From the NCBI GenBank assembly GCA_963752255.1, contig CAVVXT010000014.1, positions 128,001-192,000 of the forward strand: DNA of 64,000 nucleotides, written 5' to 3'. Under the pieces are notes generated by a model. The model saw only the letters and a list, made by a program, of their open reading frames with translations, made no database searches and had not been told where the DNA came from. The DNA is from Nitrososphaeria archaeon (GTDB taxonomy: Archaea; Thermoproteota; Nitrososphaeria; JACIWG01). The translations under genes and the position numbers were made by a program. This document shows positions 31,194 to 41,754 of the stretch, piece by piece (the stretch's first letter is position 1; every line of letters starts with the position of its first letter).

Positions 31194-32253
31194 GATCGCT
31201 GAAAAAGTGATAAAGCTTCAGAATGAAGGAAGGAAGATAATAAAGTTCAACGTGGGCGATCCGGATCAGTCTACGAATGAAGAAATTGTGGACACAGCAT
31301 TTAAAGCGATGAAAGCTGGAAAGACAAAGTACGGTTCATCTTCTGGAGAGAAAATGCTTAGAGAAAAACTGGCCGAAATCTACAACGTTAAGGCGGAAAA
31401 TGTAACAATCGCGCCTGGATCAAAGTGGGCAATTTTTTCATCGATGTTTGTCACGCTTAAGAAAGGTGACAACGTTGTTCTTCCATCTCCCCATTGGAAT
31501 GCGTATTCACTTATGGCGCAACAGATGGGGGTGGAAACAAGGCTTTTGAAATGTGAACTAAAATCGGACTGGAAGATAAACGTGGACAAGATGAATGACC
31601 TGATAGATGAAAGAACTGGGATGATAATCTTGAACAATCCGAACAACCCGACCAGCAAGGTTGTGGACGGAAAGACCGTTGAAAAAATAGTTGAATTGTC
31701 AAGAGAAAACTGCTTACCTATTCTTTCAGACGAATCCTACAGCGACATAAGCTTCCTTAAAGTAAGGAGTATCCTAGATTTTCCAAGGGACAATATCTTT
31801 GTAAACAGTTTTTCGAAGACTTTTGCGATGACGGGGTGGAGAATAGGCTTCACGATATCAAATAAAGAATTGGCTGAAAAACTCACGAGGTTAAATCAGA
31901 TAACTATTTCTTGCGTTCCACAGTTCATTCAAGAAGCTGCCATTAAAGCTCTGGAGCTGAGGGATAGAATTGCAGATGAAGTTAAAGAAGTGTATAGAAA
32001 AAGGGTGGAGCTGGCTTACGACATTCTTTCAAGAAGCAAACTGGAATTTTCTAAGGCTGATTCACCCTTCTACCTGTTTCCAAGATGCGGTGGAGACTCG
32101 GAGAGGTTTGCCCTTAGAATGCTTGATGAGGGCGTCGCCGTAACCCCTGGAACCGCTTTCGGAGATTATAGGGAACACTTCAGAATTGCCCTAACAGTCC
32201 CGGATGTGGAAGTTGAAGAAGGGTTGAATAAGATAGCTGAGATGTTTCCATGA
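31183..32253 (+). CDS. Class I PLP-dependent aminotransferase (probably aromatic)
   Basis: NNPNNPT, DESY, SFSKTFAMTGWRIG; lies between pheA and tyrA. Confidence 0.9.
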   Translation: MLYEIAEKVIKLQNEGRKIIKFNVGDPDQSTNEEIVDTAFKAMKAGKTKYGSSSGEKMLREKLAEIYNVKAENVTIAPGSKWAIFSSMFVTLKKGDNVVLPSPHWNAYSLMAQQMGVETRLLKCELKSDWKINVDKMNDLIDERTGMIILNNPNNPTSKVVDGKTVEKIVELSRENCLPILSDESYSDISFLKVRSILDFPRDNIFVNSFSKTFAMTGWRIGFTISNKELAEKLTRLNQITISCVPQFIQEAAIKALELRDRIADEVKEVYRKRVELAYDILSRSKLEFSKADSPFYLFPRCGGDSERFALRMLDEGVAVTPGTAFGDYREHFRIALTVPDVEVEEGLNKIAEMFP

Positions 32254-33077
32254 ACTTGAAGAGTGTTGCGATAATAGGCGGAGCTGGGAAGATGGGGCGA
32301 TGGTTCGCGAGATTTTTTGTCAAAGAAGGCTTTAGGGTTGTGGTCTCAGGTAGGACTCAAAGCAAATTAGCTAAGCTTAAGGAAGATATACCAGAAATTG
32401 AAGTTGCAGAAGATAACGTTGCAGCAGTGAAGGACGTCGACATGGTTGTGATTTCTGTCCTTCAACAAAACTTTGAGTCTGTTATAAGAGAAATAAGCTC
32501 TTATCTGAAGCCTAGGCAGATAATAATCGACATAACATCAGTGAAGGAGTCTCCTGTAAAGATAATGCACAGATACATCAAAGGCTGTGTGACTCTTGGG
32601 ACACATCCGGTGTTCGGTCCCTTAGTAACAGACTGCAACCAAAACTTTATTCTCACCCCAACCAATAATAAAGAAAAGGATTTTGCAGTAGGGTTCAAGA
32701 AATGGCTTGAGGAAAGGGGGTTCAGAGTGAGTGTAATGTCGCCTAAAAAGCACGATTATCTTATGAGCACTGTACTGGGGCTCTCGCATTTCATAGGATT
32801 TGTAACCTGTGAAACCTGGTTGGACATGAATCTGAAGGAATTGAAGAAGGTTAGCGGAACCAGCTTCAAAATGCTATTTAACCTAGTGGATAACGTTGTA
32901 CACTCTGACCCAGAATTCTATTCTGAGCTGCAAATGAGCTTTCCGGACGTAGATAGAATTGAAGAAAGATTTGAGTTCAACGTTAGGAAATGGTTAAAAA
33001 TAGTGAAGAGCAAGAACAAGAATAGATTCACAAATGAAATGGAGAGATTAAGGAAGAACCTCGATAATCTAGGATAG
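32250..33077 (+). CDS. tyrA: Prephenate dehydrogenase
   Basis: IIGGAGKMG, DITSVK, THPVFGP, HD..M..VLGLSH. Confidence 0.93.
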   Translation: MNLKSVAIIGGAGKMGRWFARFFVKEGFRVVVSGRTQSKLAKLKEDIPEIEVAEDNVAAVKDVDMVVISVLQQNFESVIREISSYLKPRQIIIDITSVKESPVKIMHRYIKGCVTLGTHPVFGPLVTDCNQNFILTPTNNKEKDFAVGFKKWLEERGFRVSVMSPKKHDYLMSTVLGLSHFIGFVTCETWLDMNLKELKKVSGTSFKMLFNLVDNVVHSDPEFYSELQMSFPDVDRIEERFEFNVRKWLKIVKSKNKNRFTNEMERLRKNLDNLG

Positions 33078-33205
33078 GCTGCCGCAGACGGGAACTTTTG
33101 TCATCATCTTTCTCGTTCCCTTCTAGAAATCAGTTTGTTTGACAGGTATCCATTGCATAAAGAGACTGCAATCGTCCATTTACTCTGGACAAACTGTTGA
33201 TCCTT

Positions 33206-33499
33206 TTAATCTGCGTGGTCCTTGATATTTTCCGCGTTTCTGCACAACTTTATTATTTCTTTAAAAACGGTTACGCAATCTTCTGGACTTGTCCCAAGTT
33301 GCTTTGCACTATCTTCAATTTTCTTATAAATTGCGGTTTCTCTTCCAGAGTCTAAAACTGGTCTGTTAAACTTCTTTTTTACTTTCCCGATGTCTTTAGC
33401 GAGGTTAACTCTCTCAGATAAGAGCTCCATAATGCGCTCGTCTACGGCATCTATCCTTTTCCTAAGTAGAGCTATTTCTTCTTCACTTGCCAAAGCCAC
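33206..33499 (-). CDS. Chorismate mutase (AroQ type)
   Basis: LRKRIDAVDERIMELLSER..IGKVK..D.GRE. Confidence 0.92.
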   Translation of the reverse strand: MALASEEEIALLRKRIDAVDERIMELLSERVNLAKDIGKVKKKFNRPVLDSGRETAIYKKIEDSAKQLGTSPEDCVTVFKEIIKLCRNAENIKDHAD

Positions 33500-34595
33500 C
33501 GCCTCTTAAAACTCTGGGTAGTAATCCGGCTCTTATGGTGTGGTCTGCGAGCACGATCGCGATCATGCTCTCAACAACCGGTACAGCACGTGGCACAATG
33601 CATGAGTCGTGTCTTCCATCAACTTTTAATTTTACAGGTTTCATCTTCTTGAGGTCGACGGTGTCTTTACTTTTTTGGATTGAAGGCGTGGGTTTAACGG
33701 CTACTCTCAATAGGATTGGCATTCCGTTACTTATTCCTCCTAGGATTCCGCCGGAGCTGTTACTTTTTGTGATCACTTTTCCTCCCTTAACTGTGAAGAC
33801 ATCGTTACTTTCTGACCCCTTCATACTCGAAAGCTTGAATCCGGACCCGAATTCAACCCCCTTTACTGCAGGAATTGCGAAAAGTGCTTTAGCCAGGTCG
33901 CCTTCTAATGTATCAAAAATCGGCTCGCCGAGGCCAACCGGCACATTAAGGGACACACTTTCTATTACTCCCCCTACGCTGTCTCCTTCGTCCCTCGCTG
34001 CCTGAATACTTTTAATCATTTTTTCTGCAGCGGTGAGGTCGGGGCATCTAACTGAATTCTTTTCAACGTTACTTATGATTTCTTTTATCGTCTTCGGTTC
34101 AGCCTTTATGCCGGAGATTTCCAGCGTATATGCGATGATTTCGATATTCAATAAAGCTAACAATTTTTTTGCGACCATTCCTGCCATTACAAAACCGGCT
34201 GTAATCCTGCCAGAGAACCTGCCTCCACCTCTGTAATCGTTGAAGCCTCCGAATTTGGTAAAGGCGGTGAAGTCAGCGTGTCCTGGTCTTGGTGTAAACT
34301 TTATTTTTTCATATGCGCTAGATTCTATGTCTTTGTTCCACACAATCATGCATATTGGAGCACCAGTAGTGAACCCATTGAATGTTCCCGAAACGATTTC
34401 TACTCTATCTTCCTCCCTTCTTTGGGTCGCAAAGAAGCTTTGACCTGTCTTCCTCCTTTCCAGCTCCCTCTGAACAGTATCTTCCGAGATTTCAAGGCCT
34501 GCTGGACATCCGTCCACGACTGTACCAACACATCTTCCGTGGCTTTCCCCAAAACATGTTACTTTGAACGCCACACCTATGGTGTTCACACTCAT
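33483..34595 (-). CDS. aroC: Chorismate synthase
   Basis: FGESHG, PRPGHAD, RGGGRFSGR, GRHD; ATG 34595. Confidence 0.96.
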   Translation of the reverse strand: MSVNTIGVAFKVTCFGESHGRCVGTVVDGCPAGLEISEDTVQRELERRKTGQSFFATQRREEDRVEIVSGTFNGFTTGAPICMIVWNKDIESSAYEKIKFTPRPGHADFTAFTKFGGFNDYRGGGRFSGRITAGFVMAGMVAKKLLALLNIEIIAYTLEISGIKAEPKTIKEIISNVEKNSVRCPDLTAAEKMIKSIQAARDEGDSVGGVIESVSLNVPVGLGEPIFDTLEGDLAKALFAIPAVKGVEFGSGFKLSSMKGSESNDVFTVKGGKVITKSNSSGGILGGISNGMPILLRVAVKPTPSIQKSKDTVDLKKMKPVKLKVDGRHDSCIVPRAVPVVESMIAIVLADHTIRAGLLPRVLRGGGFGK

Positions 34596-35845
34596 GCAAC
34601 CTCCTCCAAGTTCGCACTCAAACATTTTATTGCGCCCCAAAAGTTTGGGAAGGACTTGCTTACACATTCGGCGTTCGTTATCACCGTCTGCCCTTCCGCT
34701 GTTAGGCCAAGTATCGCCGAAGCCATCGCTACTCTATGGTCGTTAAAAGGGTTTATCTTTGCGCCGATCGGTTTAGAGCCAAATATTTTCAAGGACCCAT
34801 CTTCTATTGTTGTTTTAATACACATCTTTTCCAAACATTTTACCATAGTTTTAACTCTATTTGATTCTTTAAACTTTAGCCTACCTATTCCAGTTATTTC
34901 ACTCACACCTTTTGCTCTCGCGCACAGAACACAGAGTGGAAGGAACAGGTCTGGACAGTGGGATACATTAAATTTTATCGGCTTGGGAACGGATTTTCTG
35001 ACCGTAATCGTTTCCCCCTGTTTTTCAACCCTAATTTCCATCATCTCCATAACATCAATTATCACCCTGTCGGCCTGTATGCTTTTTAGATCTAGACCGC
35101 TGACGGTTACCTTACCTGTAAGTGCGCCAGCAACTAAAAAATAGGACGCTGAACTCCAATCGCCTTCAACCTTAAAAGTGGTTGGTCTATACCGTTGAGG
35201 TGGAACCTCGAATCTCAAGTCTCCAAAGCTTTCCACTTCTACTCCAAATTCTTTTTGTACATTTAGAGTCAAAAGCACATAAGGCTTGGATGGAACCGAT
35301 GTGACGGATTTGATGGTGGCTCCATGTTCGATTAGAGGAGCTATCAGTAGCAGCGCTGAGATGAACTGTGAACTCATGTCGCCTATTACATCGATTTTTC
35401 CACACTTCGGCTTACCTTTAACAGATATGATCATATTTTTTTGATAGCATTCTACCCCTAAGTGTTTGAGAGCATCAATCAACGGCTTCATAGGACGCTC
35501 CATCAAGCTCTTGTACCCGCTAAGTTTACATTCTTCTCCAACCAGACAGCAGACAGCGGTAAGAAAACGCAGTGTTGTCCCCGAAGCGCCACAAAAAATC
35601 TCTCTCTGAGGCCTTTTCAACCTGCCGCCTTCCGCGATCAGTTTGTCCTCTTTAACATCCAGCACAACGCCTAATCTTCTTAAGCCTTCTATTGTAGCCA
35701 GTGTGTCATCACACAATAAAGGAGATCGCAGTGTGCTTCTGCCATCCGCTAAGCCAGCACATACGAGTGCTCTATGTGTAACGCTTTTTGAAGGTGGCGC
35801 TTGGAAATTCCCCTCAATTTCACTTTTTCTTACTTTCACTTGCAC
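34592..35845 (-). CDS. aroA: EPSP synthase
   Basis: PPSKSVTHR, SGTTLRF, SSQFISALL, KESNR, DHRVAMA. Confidence 0.96.
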   Translation of the reverse strand: MQVKVRKSEIEGNFQAPPSKSVTHRALVCAGLADGRSTLRSPLLCDDTLATIEGLRRLGVVLDVKEDKLIAEGGRLKRPQREIFCGASGTTLRFLTAVCCLVGEECKLSGYKSLMERPMKPLIDALKHLGVECYQKNMIISVKGKPKCGKIDVIGDMSSQFISALLLIAPLIEHGATIKSVTSVPSKPYVLLTLNVQKEFGVEVESFGDLRFEVPPQRYRPTTFKVEGDWSSASYFLVAGALTGKVTVSGLDLKSIQADRVIIDVMEMMEIRVEKQGETITVRKSVPKPIKFNVSHCPDLFLPLCVLCARAKGVSEITGIGRLKFKESNRVKTMVKCLEKMCIKTTIEDGSLKIFGSKPIGAKINPFNDHRVAMASAILGLTAEGQTVITNAECVSKSFPNFWGAIKCLSANLEEVA

Positions 35846-36368
35846 CTATACCACAACTCTTTCTAACAATTTCAGTAACCTTTTCTGCTACCTCTTCTGC
35901 GTTTAATTCTGTAGTATTAATTACGTAATCAGCTGAATTTTCGTACAAGGGTTCTCTGAAATTAAACATCCTCTTAATTTCCTCTGTTCCGCCTTCAGCC
36001 ATTAAAAGAGGCCGTTTTCCTTCTTGCTTTGAACCCCTCTCTAGGATAGCATCAAACTCCGCTTTAAGCAAAAATATGATTCCGTTTTGTTTGAGCCTGT
36101 CGATGTTCACCCTACTCATGACTACGCCTCCACCACAATCGATAACCACATCTTCCATTTTGGAAACTTCTTCTACCGTATTTATCTCCTTTTTTCTAAA
36201 CACTTCCTCTCCTTCTTCATAAAATATTTGCGCAACCGTCTTCTTGGATTTTTCTACTATCAAGTCATCTGTGCTCACATATTTCCTCCCTAGTTTCCTT
36301 GCTACTTCCTTAGCAACGCTAGTCTTTCCTGTAGCCATGAAACCTATGAAAACTACATTTTCCTTTAT
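35820..36368 (-). CDS. aroK: Shikimate kinase (AroK/AroL type)
   Basis: NVVFIGFMATGKT Walker A, GEEVFR..E, GGG, RPLL; the reading frame extends to an ATA at 36368. Confidence 0.9.
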   Translation of the reverse strand: MKENVVFIGFMATGKTSVAKEVARKLGRKYVSTDDLIVEKSKKTVAQIFYEEGEEVFRKKEINTVEEVSKMEDVVIDCGGGVVMSRVNIDRLKQNGIIFLLKAEFDAILERGSKQEGKRPLLMAEGGTEEIKRMFNFREPLYENSADYVINTTELNAEEVAEKVTEIVRKSCGIGASESKKK

Positions 36369-36374
36369 TTAGGC

Positions 36375-37229
36375 TCACCCTTTTAACGCTTCAACTGCAA
36401 CATCTTTCATTACATCGACGGGCGCTTTGCACCCTGTCCATATTTCAAAGGAGAAGGCCGCCTGATTAACGAACATATCTACTCCATGTATAACTATCGC
36501 GCCGGCTTCTCTGGCATCTTTCAACAATCTTGTCTCAAATGGAACGTATACTATATCCATGACTGCAAGCCCTTTCCTCAAGAGATTTTTTGGAACCAGT
36601 GTTCCATTAAGGTCAGGCGCCATACCGACTGAGGTGCAGTTTATGATCAGATCCGTATCTCGTATTTCATCCTTTAACGACTGATTTTCTAGCTTCTTTG
36701 CCGTGACTGGAATGCCTGTTTTAGCAGAGACCTTGTCAGCGAGTTCCTCAGCCTTCTCTTTAGTTCTGTTCAGTATCACTATGTCATGTGGTTTCTCTTT
36801 TGCGACTGAGTATATGACAGCTCTTGCGGCACCTCCCGCTCCGAGAACAAGAACTTTCATGCCCTGAAGAGATATTCCACTTTTGACCAAAGATCTTAAG
36901 GCTCCTTCTCCGTCCGAATTGTATCCAACGAGGATTCCGCTGTCGTTTACAATTGTGTTAACGGCCCCAATGTCGTTTGCGACTTCGTCTACAGCATCAA
37001 TGTAGTCCATAACTTTGACCTTGTGGGGGATGGTAACATTCATCCCAAGTATGTTAAATGCTCTCATGCCATCAATCGCACCTTCAAGCATCTTCTCCCC
37101 TACCCTAAATGCGACGTAAACAAAGTCCAAGTCAAGGGTTTGGAACGCTTTATTATGGATTATAGGTGAAAGTGTGTGTTCTATCGGATCACCAATAACG
37201 CAGCAGATTTTTGTCTTATACGATGTCAT
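36375..37229 (-). CDS. aroE: Shikimate dehydrogenase
   Basis: HTLSP, NVTIPHK, GAVNT, GAGGAARA, DIVY. Confidence 0.95.
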   Translation of the reverse strand: MTSYKTKICCVIGDPIEHTLSPIIHNKAFQTLDLDFVYVAFRVGEKMLEGAIDGMRAFNILGMNVTIPHKVKVMDYIDAVDEVANDIGAVNTIVNDSGILVGYNSDGEGALRSLVKSGISLQGMKVLVLGAGGAARAVIYSVAKEKPHDIVILNRTKEKAEELADKVSAKTGIPVTAKKLENQSLKDEIRDTDLIINCTSVGMAPDLNGTLVPKNLLRKGLAVMDIVYVPFETRLLKDAREAGAIVIHGVDMFVNQAAFSFEIWTGCKAPVDVMKDVAVEALKG

Positions 37230-37909
37230 AGATTATCACAAGATGAAAGCTCGGACCCGAGCATTTCATATACTTCTCTAAAGCTGTTTAATTCAATCTG
37301 TCCGCCAGCGGATTCTAAACCAGCCCCAGCCGACACGTAAGCAAAATCACTTCCGAATAGGGGTGAGAGCACCCTGCTGATGGAACCTTTTTCACCCATA
37401 CAGAAGGAGATAAGGCGTGTGCGATTCGCAAATTCTTGAAGAAGTTTAAGGGCAGTCAAGTTGTCTTCAAACTTTTCAGCCATCACAACCACTTTACATA
37501 AATCAGCATCTAAACCCATCTGTTTCCTAACGATCTCCCTAAGCTTCTCAATTCCAGGTGTCCCTTTAAAGTCATGGAAAGAAATGAGAACTTTACTATC
37601 CTTTCCTTTAACAAGTTCAATGACTTTCTGTATGTTAGGCGAATTAAGTTCTATGTCGATAAAGGATGCTCCTAGAGAAGCCGCTCTCAAAAGTTCTTTG
37701 ATTCGATCTTTTTCATTTCCAGACCAGAAGCCTCCCTCACTTCTTAGCCTGTTGCATGCTATCCAAGGCCTCTTGAGACCTTTAGGCAACTCGGACCAAG
37801 AACTTCCTATAATATCTATTCTTACTTCTATGAGATCCGCTTTGTTGACAACTTTTACGCTCTTCCTGTCGGTGTTTGTAAGCACGGCACAAAGTTTAGG
37901 TTTTAGCAT
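37226..37909 (-). CDS. aroD: 3-dehydroquinate dehydratase type I
   Basis: EVRID, R..SEGG, SFHDF, CK, MGEKG.ISR; ATG 37909. Confidence 0.93.
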   Translation of the reverse strand: MLKPKLCAVLTNTDRKSVKVVNKADLIEVRIDIIGSSWSELPKGLKRPWIACNRLRSEGGFWSGNEKDRIKELLRAASLGASFIDIELNSPNIQKVIELVKGKDSKVLISFHDFKGTPGIEKLREIVRKQMGLDADLCKVVVMAEKFEDNLTALKLLQEFANRTRLISFCMGEKGSISRVLSPLFGSDFAYVSAGAGLESAGGQIELNSFREVYEMLGSELSSCDNL

Positions 37910-37916
37910 CCATCGA

Positions 37917-38954
37917 TCACCCTGCAAGGGCCTCAAGTAGATCTTTCTGCTCCACTTCCCTGACCACAACCTTCCCTATCCGCTCTGGTAGAACGAGCAC
38001 CGTTTTTCCGTACCAAGCTTTCTTATCCTTCAGCGTTTCTTCGACTATTTTCCTCCTCTCTAGCCTTGTCGAAATGGGTAGGCCAAACTTTTTCAGAATA
38101 TTCTCCACCTCCTTTTTCTGCTCGAATCCGATCATCTTTTCTGCAACATTGCACGCCATCATGATACCTATTGAAACTGCGAAGCCATGTCTTATCTTGT
38201 AATTTGACATCTTTTCTATAGGGTGACCAAAGGTGTGGCCGAAGTTTAAGATTCTGCGAAGGCCCCCTTCTCTCTCATCTCTTTCCACTACATCAACCTT
38301 CATAGAGATACATCTTTCTACAATTTTCTGTATGATTTCTTGATCCTTTGCCAGAACCTTTCCAGCATTATCTTCAAGGAATCTGAAGAAATTTTCATCA
38401 AATACAACCGCGTATTTGACTACTTCAGCTAAACCGTTCAAAAATTCCGCCGTAGGCAAGGTGTCTAGGAATTGCGTGTCAACCAAAATAAACTTGGGCT
38501 GATAAAAGGTTCCAACAGTATTTTTTCTTTTGAAGTTCACTCCAGTTTTACCCCCTATGCCTGCATCAACTTGTGAAAGCAATGTTGTTGGCACCTGGGC
38601 AAAATCCATCCCACGCATAAAAGTTGACGCAGCGAAACCCGTTACGTCGCCTATTATCCCACCGCCTAAGGCTATAAGTAGGGATTTTCGTGTGAAATCT
38701 TTTTCAATAAGTTTTTTCCAAATTAATTCCGCAGTAGCCAAACTCTTGTATCTCTCTCCATCGTCGATTTCGATCATTTCTAAATTGTTATCTGAGTCGA
38801 TGAACTCAGCCACTTTATCTAGCCAGAAGGATGCAATAGTCCTGTTTGTCACAATACAAACCTTTGAAGGACTTATTTTTTCAATTTCTGCATTTATCTG
38901 ATTTAGCACATTCCTTCCAACCACTATGCTGCTGAACTTACTTTTTATCTTCAC
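37917..38954 (-). CDS. aroB: 3-dehydroquinate synthase
   Basis: GGGIIGD, PTTLLSQVDAGIGGKTG, LNFGHTFGH, HGFAV. Confidence 0.96.
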   Translation of the reverse strand: MKIKSKFSSIVVGRNVLNQINAEIEKISPSKVCIVTNRTIASFWLDKVAEFIDSDNNLEMIEIDDGERYKSLATAELIWKKLIEKDFTRKSLLIALGGGIIGDVTGFAASTFMRGMDFAQVPTTLLSQVDAGIGGKTGVNFKRKNTVGTFYQPKFILVDTQFLDTLPTAEFLNGLAEVVKYAVVFDENFFRFLEDNAGKVLAKDQEIIQKIVERCISMKVDVVERDEREGGLRRILNFGHTFGHPIEKMSNYKIRHGFAVSIGIMMACNVAEKMIGFEQKKEVENILKKFGLPISTRLERRKIVEETLKDKKAWYGKTVLVLPERIGKVVVREVEQKDLLEALAG

Positions 38955-39742
38955 TTTAATTCATCCAACTCATGCATCAACTCTTTGAAAGCATCAAAAT
39001 CGAGCTGCTGTTTGTTGTCGCTCAATGCATGTTTAGGGTCTGGATGCACTTCGATTATGAGGCCGTCTGAGCCTATTACCTTAGACGCCTTAGCTAAAGG
39101 TTTAACAAGGTCACTGGAGCCAGCGGCGTGCGAAGGATCGACTACCACCGGCAGGCTTGAGAGCTTCTTGATTATTGGTATCGACGCTAAATCTAAAGTG
39201 AACCTGGTTTCCGTTACAAAGGTTCTGATCCCTCTTTCGCATAAAATTACGTCGTGGTTACCTTCGCTCATAACATACTCAGCCGCGCTAAGCCATTCCT
39301 CTAACGTCGCGCTAATTCCCCTTTTCACTATAACTGGTCTGTTGGCCTTTCCAACTTCCTTTAACAAGGCGAAGTTTTGCATGTTTCTTGCACCTACTTG
39401 AACTACATCAGCTATTTCGCAGACCCGTCTTACATCACGTGGATCAAGGACCTCTGTGACAACAGGTATATTCACCTCATCCTTCACCTTCTTCACAATG
39501 GCTAATCCATTAATGCCAAGGCCTTGAAAGGAATAAGGAGAAGTTCTTGGTTTGAACACCATCGCCCGAAGAAGGTGAGCACCGCAAGCTTTAACAAATT
39601 GGGCAGTGTTGAGCAATTGCTCCCTAGATTCTACAGAGCAAGGCCCTGCCACAATTGTGAAGTCTTTTCCTATTCTTAAGTCGCCGACCTTTATCTCCCT
39701 TTCTTTTTTTTCTAAGACAAGCTTTAGGTCCATTTTTTTCAC
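38951..39742 (-). CDS. aroF: DAHP synthase class I-beta, no regulatory domain
   Basis: AGPCSVES, KPRTSPYSFQG, GARNMQNF, CERGIR, DPSH. Confidence 0.95.
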   Translation of the reverse strand: MKKMDLKLVLEKKEREIKVGDLRIGKDFTIVAGPCSVESREQLLNTAQFVKACGAHLLRAMVFKPRTSPYSFQGLGINGLAIVKKVKDEVNIPVVTEVLDPRDVRRVCEIADVVQVGARNMQNFALLKEVGKANRPVIVKRGISATLEEWLSAAEYVMSEGNHDVILCERGIRTFVTETRFTLDLASIPIIKKLSSLPVVVDPSHAAGSSDLVKPLAKASKVIGSDGLIIEVHPDPKHALSDNKQQLDFDAFKELMHELDELK

Positions 39743-40662
39743 TTTATAAAGGATGAAATCTGCTTGGTTATACCATCAACGTCTAGTTCGAGCTTTTGTA
39801 AGAGTTCTTGGTAGTCCCTTGAAGATTCGCCGAACATATCAGCCACGCCTATTCTCTTCACCCTTATGCCGTGTTCGGAGAGTGCTTCACAGACCGCAGA
39901 CCCCAATCCGCCGATGATGTTGTGCTCCTCTATTGTTACCACTCTCCCAGAGTTTTTGCAGATTTGTATCAGCTTTTCATCCATAGGCTTTATTGTGTGA
40001 AGATCGACAACGGACGATTTTAAACCCTTCTTAGCCAACTTTTTGCTTACATGCAGGGCGAAAGAAACCATTACGCCGCATGCAACTAGAACAAGGTCAT
40101 CTCCATCTTCCAAGACTTTAGCCTCTCCCAATTTGACTTCGTCTTCGTCTACGTAGATATTAGGACAGAAGTCTCTGCCAATTCTCATGTAGACCGGCCC
40201 CTTGGCCATCACAGCCTGTTCAAGGAGACCACGTGTAGACGCGGCATCAGAAGGTATGATAACCCTCATACCTGGTATTACTCTCATCAGGGCAATATCC
40301 TCTAGGCACTGATGAGATGAGCCATCAGAAAAATCGCTCAACCCACCGTGTGTGGTTACGATCTTGACATTTAGATTATCCCTTGCTATAGTATTCCTTA
40401 TCTGCTCCCACGCTCTTAGGATAAACATCGAAAATGCTGTAGCCACAGGGATCATCCCTTCCAATGATAGGCCCGCGGCTATTCCTATCATATCTTGTTC
40501 ACTTATCCCCACGTTTATGAATCGGTCTGGGAACCTCTGTCTAAACAAAGCTGTCTTAGTTGAATCCCCAACATCTGAATCTAAGACTATCAGCTGCCTA
40601 TTCCTTTTCCCAAGTTCCTGCAGCTTTTCCCCTAACGCATTTCTAAAGCTTTCAGCTTTCAT
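39739..40662 (-). CDS. Transketolase C-terminal subunit
   Basis: NVGISEQ, RAWEQIR, DGSSHQ, EEHNIIGGLG. Confidence 0.93.
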   Translation of the reverse strand: MKAESFRNALGEKLQELGKRNRQLIVLDSDVGDSTKTALFRQRFPDRFINVGISEQDMIGIAAGLSLEGMIPVATAFSMFILRAWEQIRNTIARDNLNVKIVTTHGGLSDFSDGSSHQCLEDIALMRVIPGMRVIIPSDAASTRGLLEQAVMAKGPVYMRIGRDFCPNIYVDEDEVKLGEAKVLEDGDDLVLVACGVMVSFALHVSKKLAKKGLKSSVVDLHTIKPMDEKLIQICKNSGRVVTIEEHNIIGGLGSAVCEALSEHGIRVKRIGVADMFGESSRDYQELLQKLELDVDGITKQISSFIK

Positions 40663-41754
40663 TTATATCAATCACCGCTCTTTCGTACTCCTCAGGTGTT
40701 GGGACGTAGTGAAAAAGGTTTTTCTTAAACGACTTTATTCCCCCACTCCTCTCGGTTAAAGCGATAACAACCACAGGTCTAGTCTGGTTTGACTTGAGTT
40801 GCTCAAATATACGTACAAGTTTTTCCGGGTCATGCCCATCCGTAACCATCGTTTCCCATCCAAAAGATGACCATTTTTCCTCAAGTGGCTCTAGCCTTTT
40901 TATTTCTTCCGTGTTACCGTTCAGTTGGAGAAGATTTCTATCGACTATCGCGATAAGGTTATCCAGTGTATGATGTGCACCACTCATAGCGGCTTCCCAT
41001 ATCTGGCCTTCGTTTAGCTCACCGTCCCCTAACAGAACTATGACTTTTCCTTCTTCCCCCTTGATCTTTTTACCCAAAGCTATACCTACTCCAATGGATA
41101 ATCCCTGGCCAAGCGATCCTGTTGAGACCAAAGCTTCCGGCAAATATTTCCTCTCAGGGTGACTTTGCAGCCTTGAACCAAGACTCCCAAGAGACAACAG
41201 CTCTTCCTCGTCGATCGCTTTCTCTTCAGCTAGCATCGCATATAACGCGGAAGCAGCATGTCCCTTGCTCAAAACGAGAGAATTACAGCTATTCATTATG
41301 TTTGGTGAAAACACTCGGAAGATAGATGCGATCAAATCGCTTGCCGATAGAGAAGAAGGAAGGTGACCTACCCCTGTGGAAAATCCCTGCTTCAAAACCT
41401 TTGTTTTTGCGCCCTTGAAAGCTTGGTCCTCGCTAAACGATTTCTTGGAAACATGTTCCTTTAAGGGAACAAGCATGTCGACGAGCATTCTTCCAGTCGC
41501 CGTAAGCTTAATCGGCCTAGTTTTACCTGCTGTGTAATAGGTTAACAGACCGAATTCCCTAAGAATTCTTGAATTAAGTTTAAGGCTTGATAAAGAAACG
41601 TCTGAAGCCTTCGATAATTTTCTGAGAAACGAAGAAGCAGGTAGGTTTCGGCTTCCCTTAATGTTTGAAAGAATAAGTAATTGGTCTTCATTAAGAGCAT
41701 TAAGTAAATGTTTTGCGAGTGCTACTCTGTTGTTTAAGGATATTGGTTTTCCAT
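40652..41754 (-). CDS. Transketolase N-terminal subunit with an in-frame upstream wHTH-like extension; start uncertain
   Basis: GH..SSLS, LSKGHA, TGSLGQG, GDGELNEG..WEA. The frame is open to 41779; ATG 41754 is one base out of frame. Confidence 0.85.
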
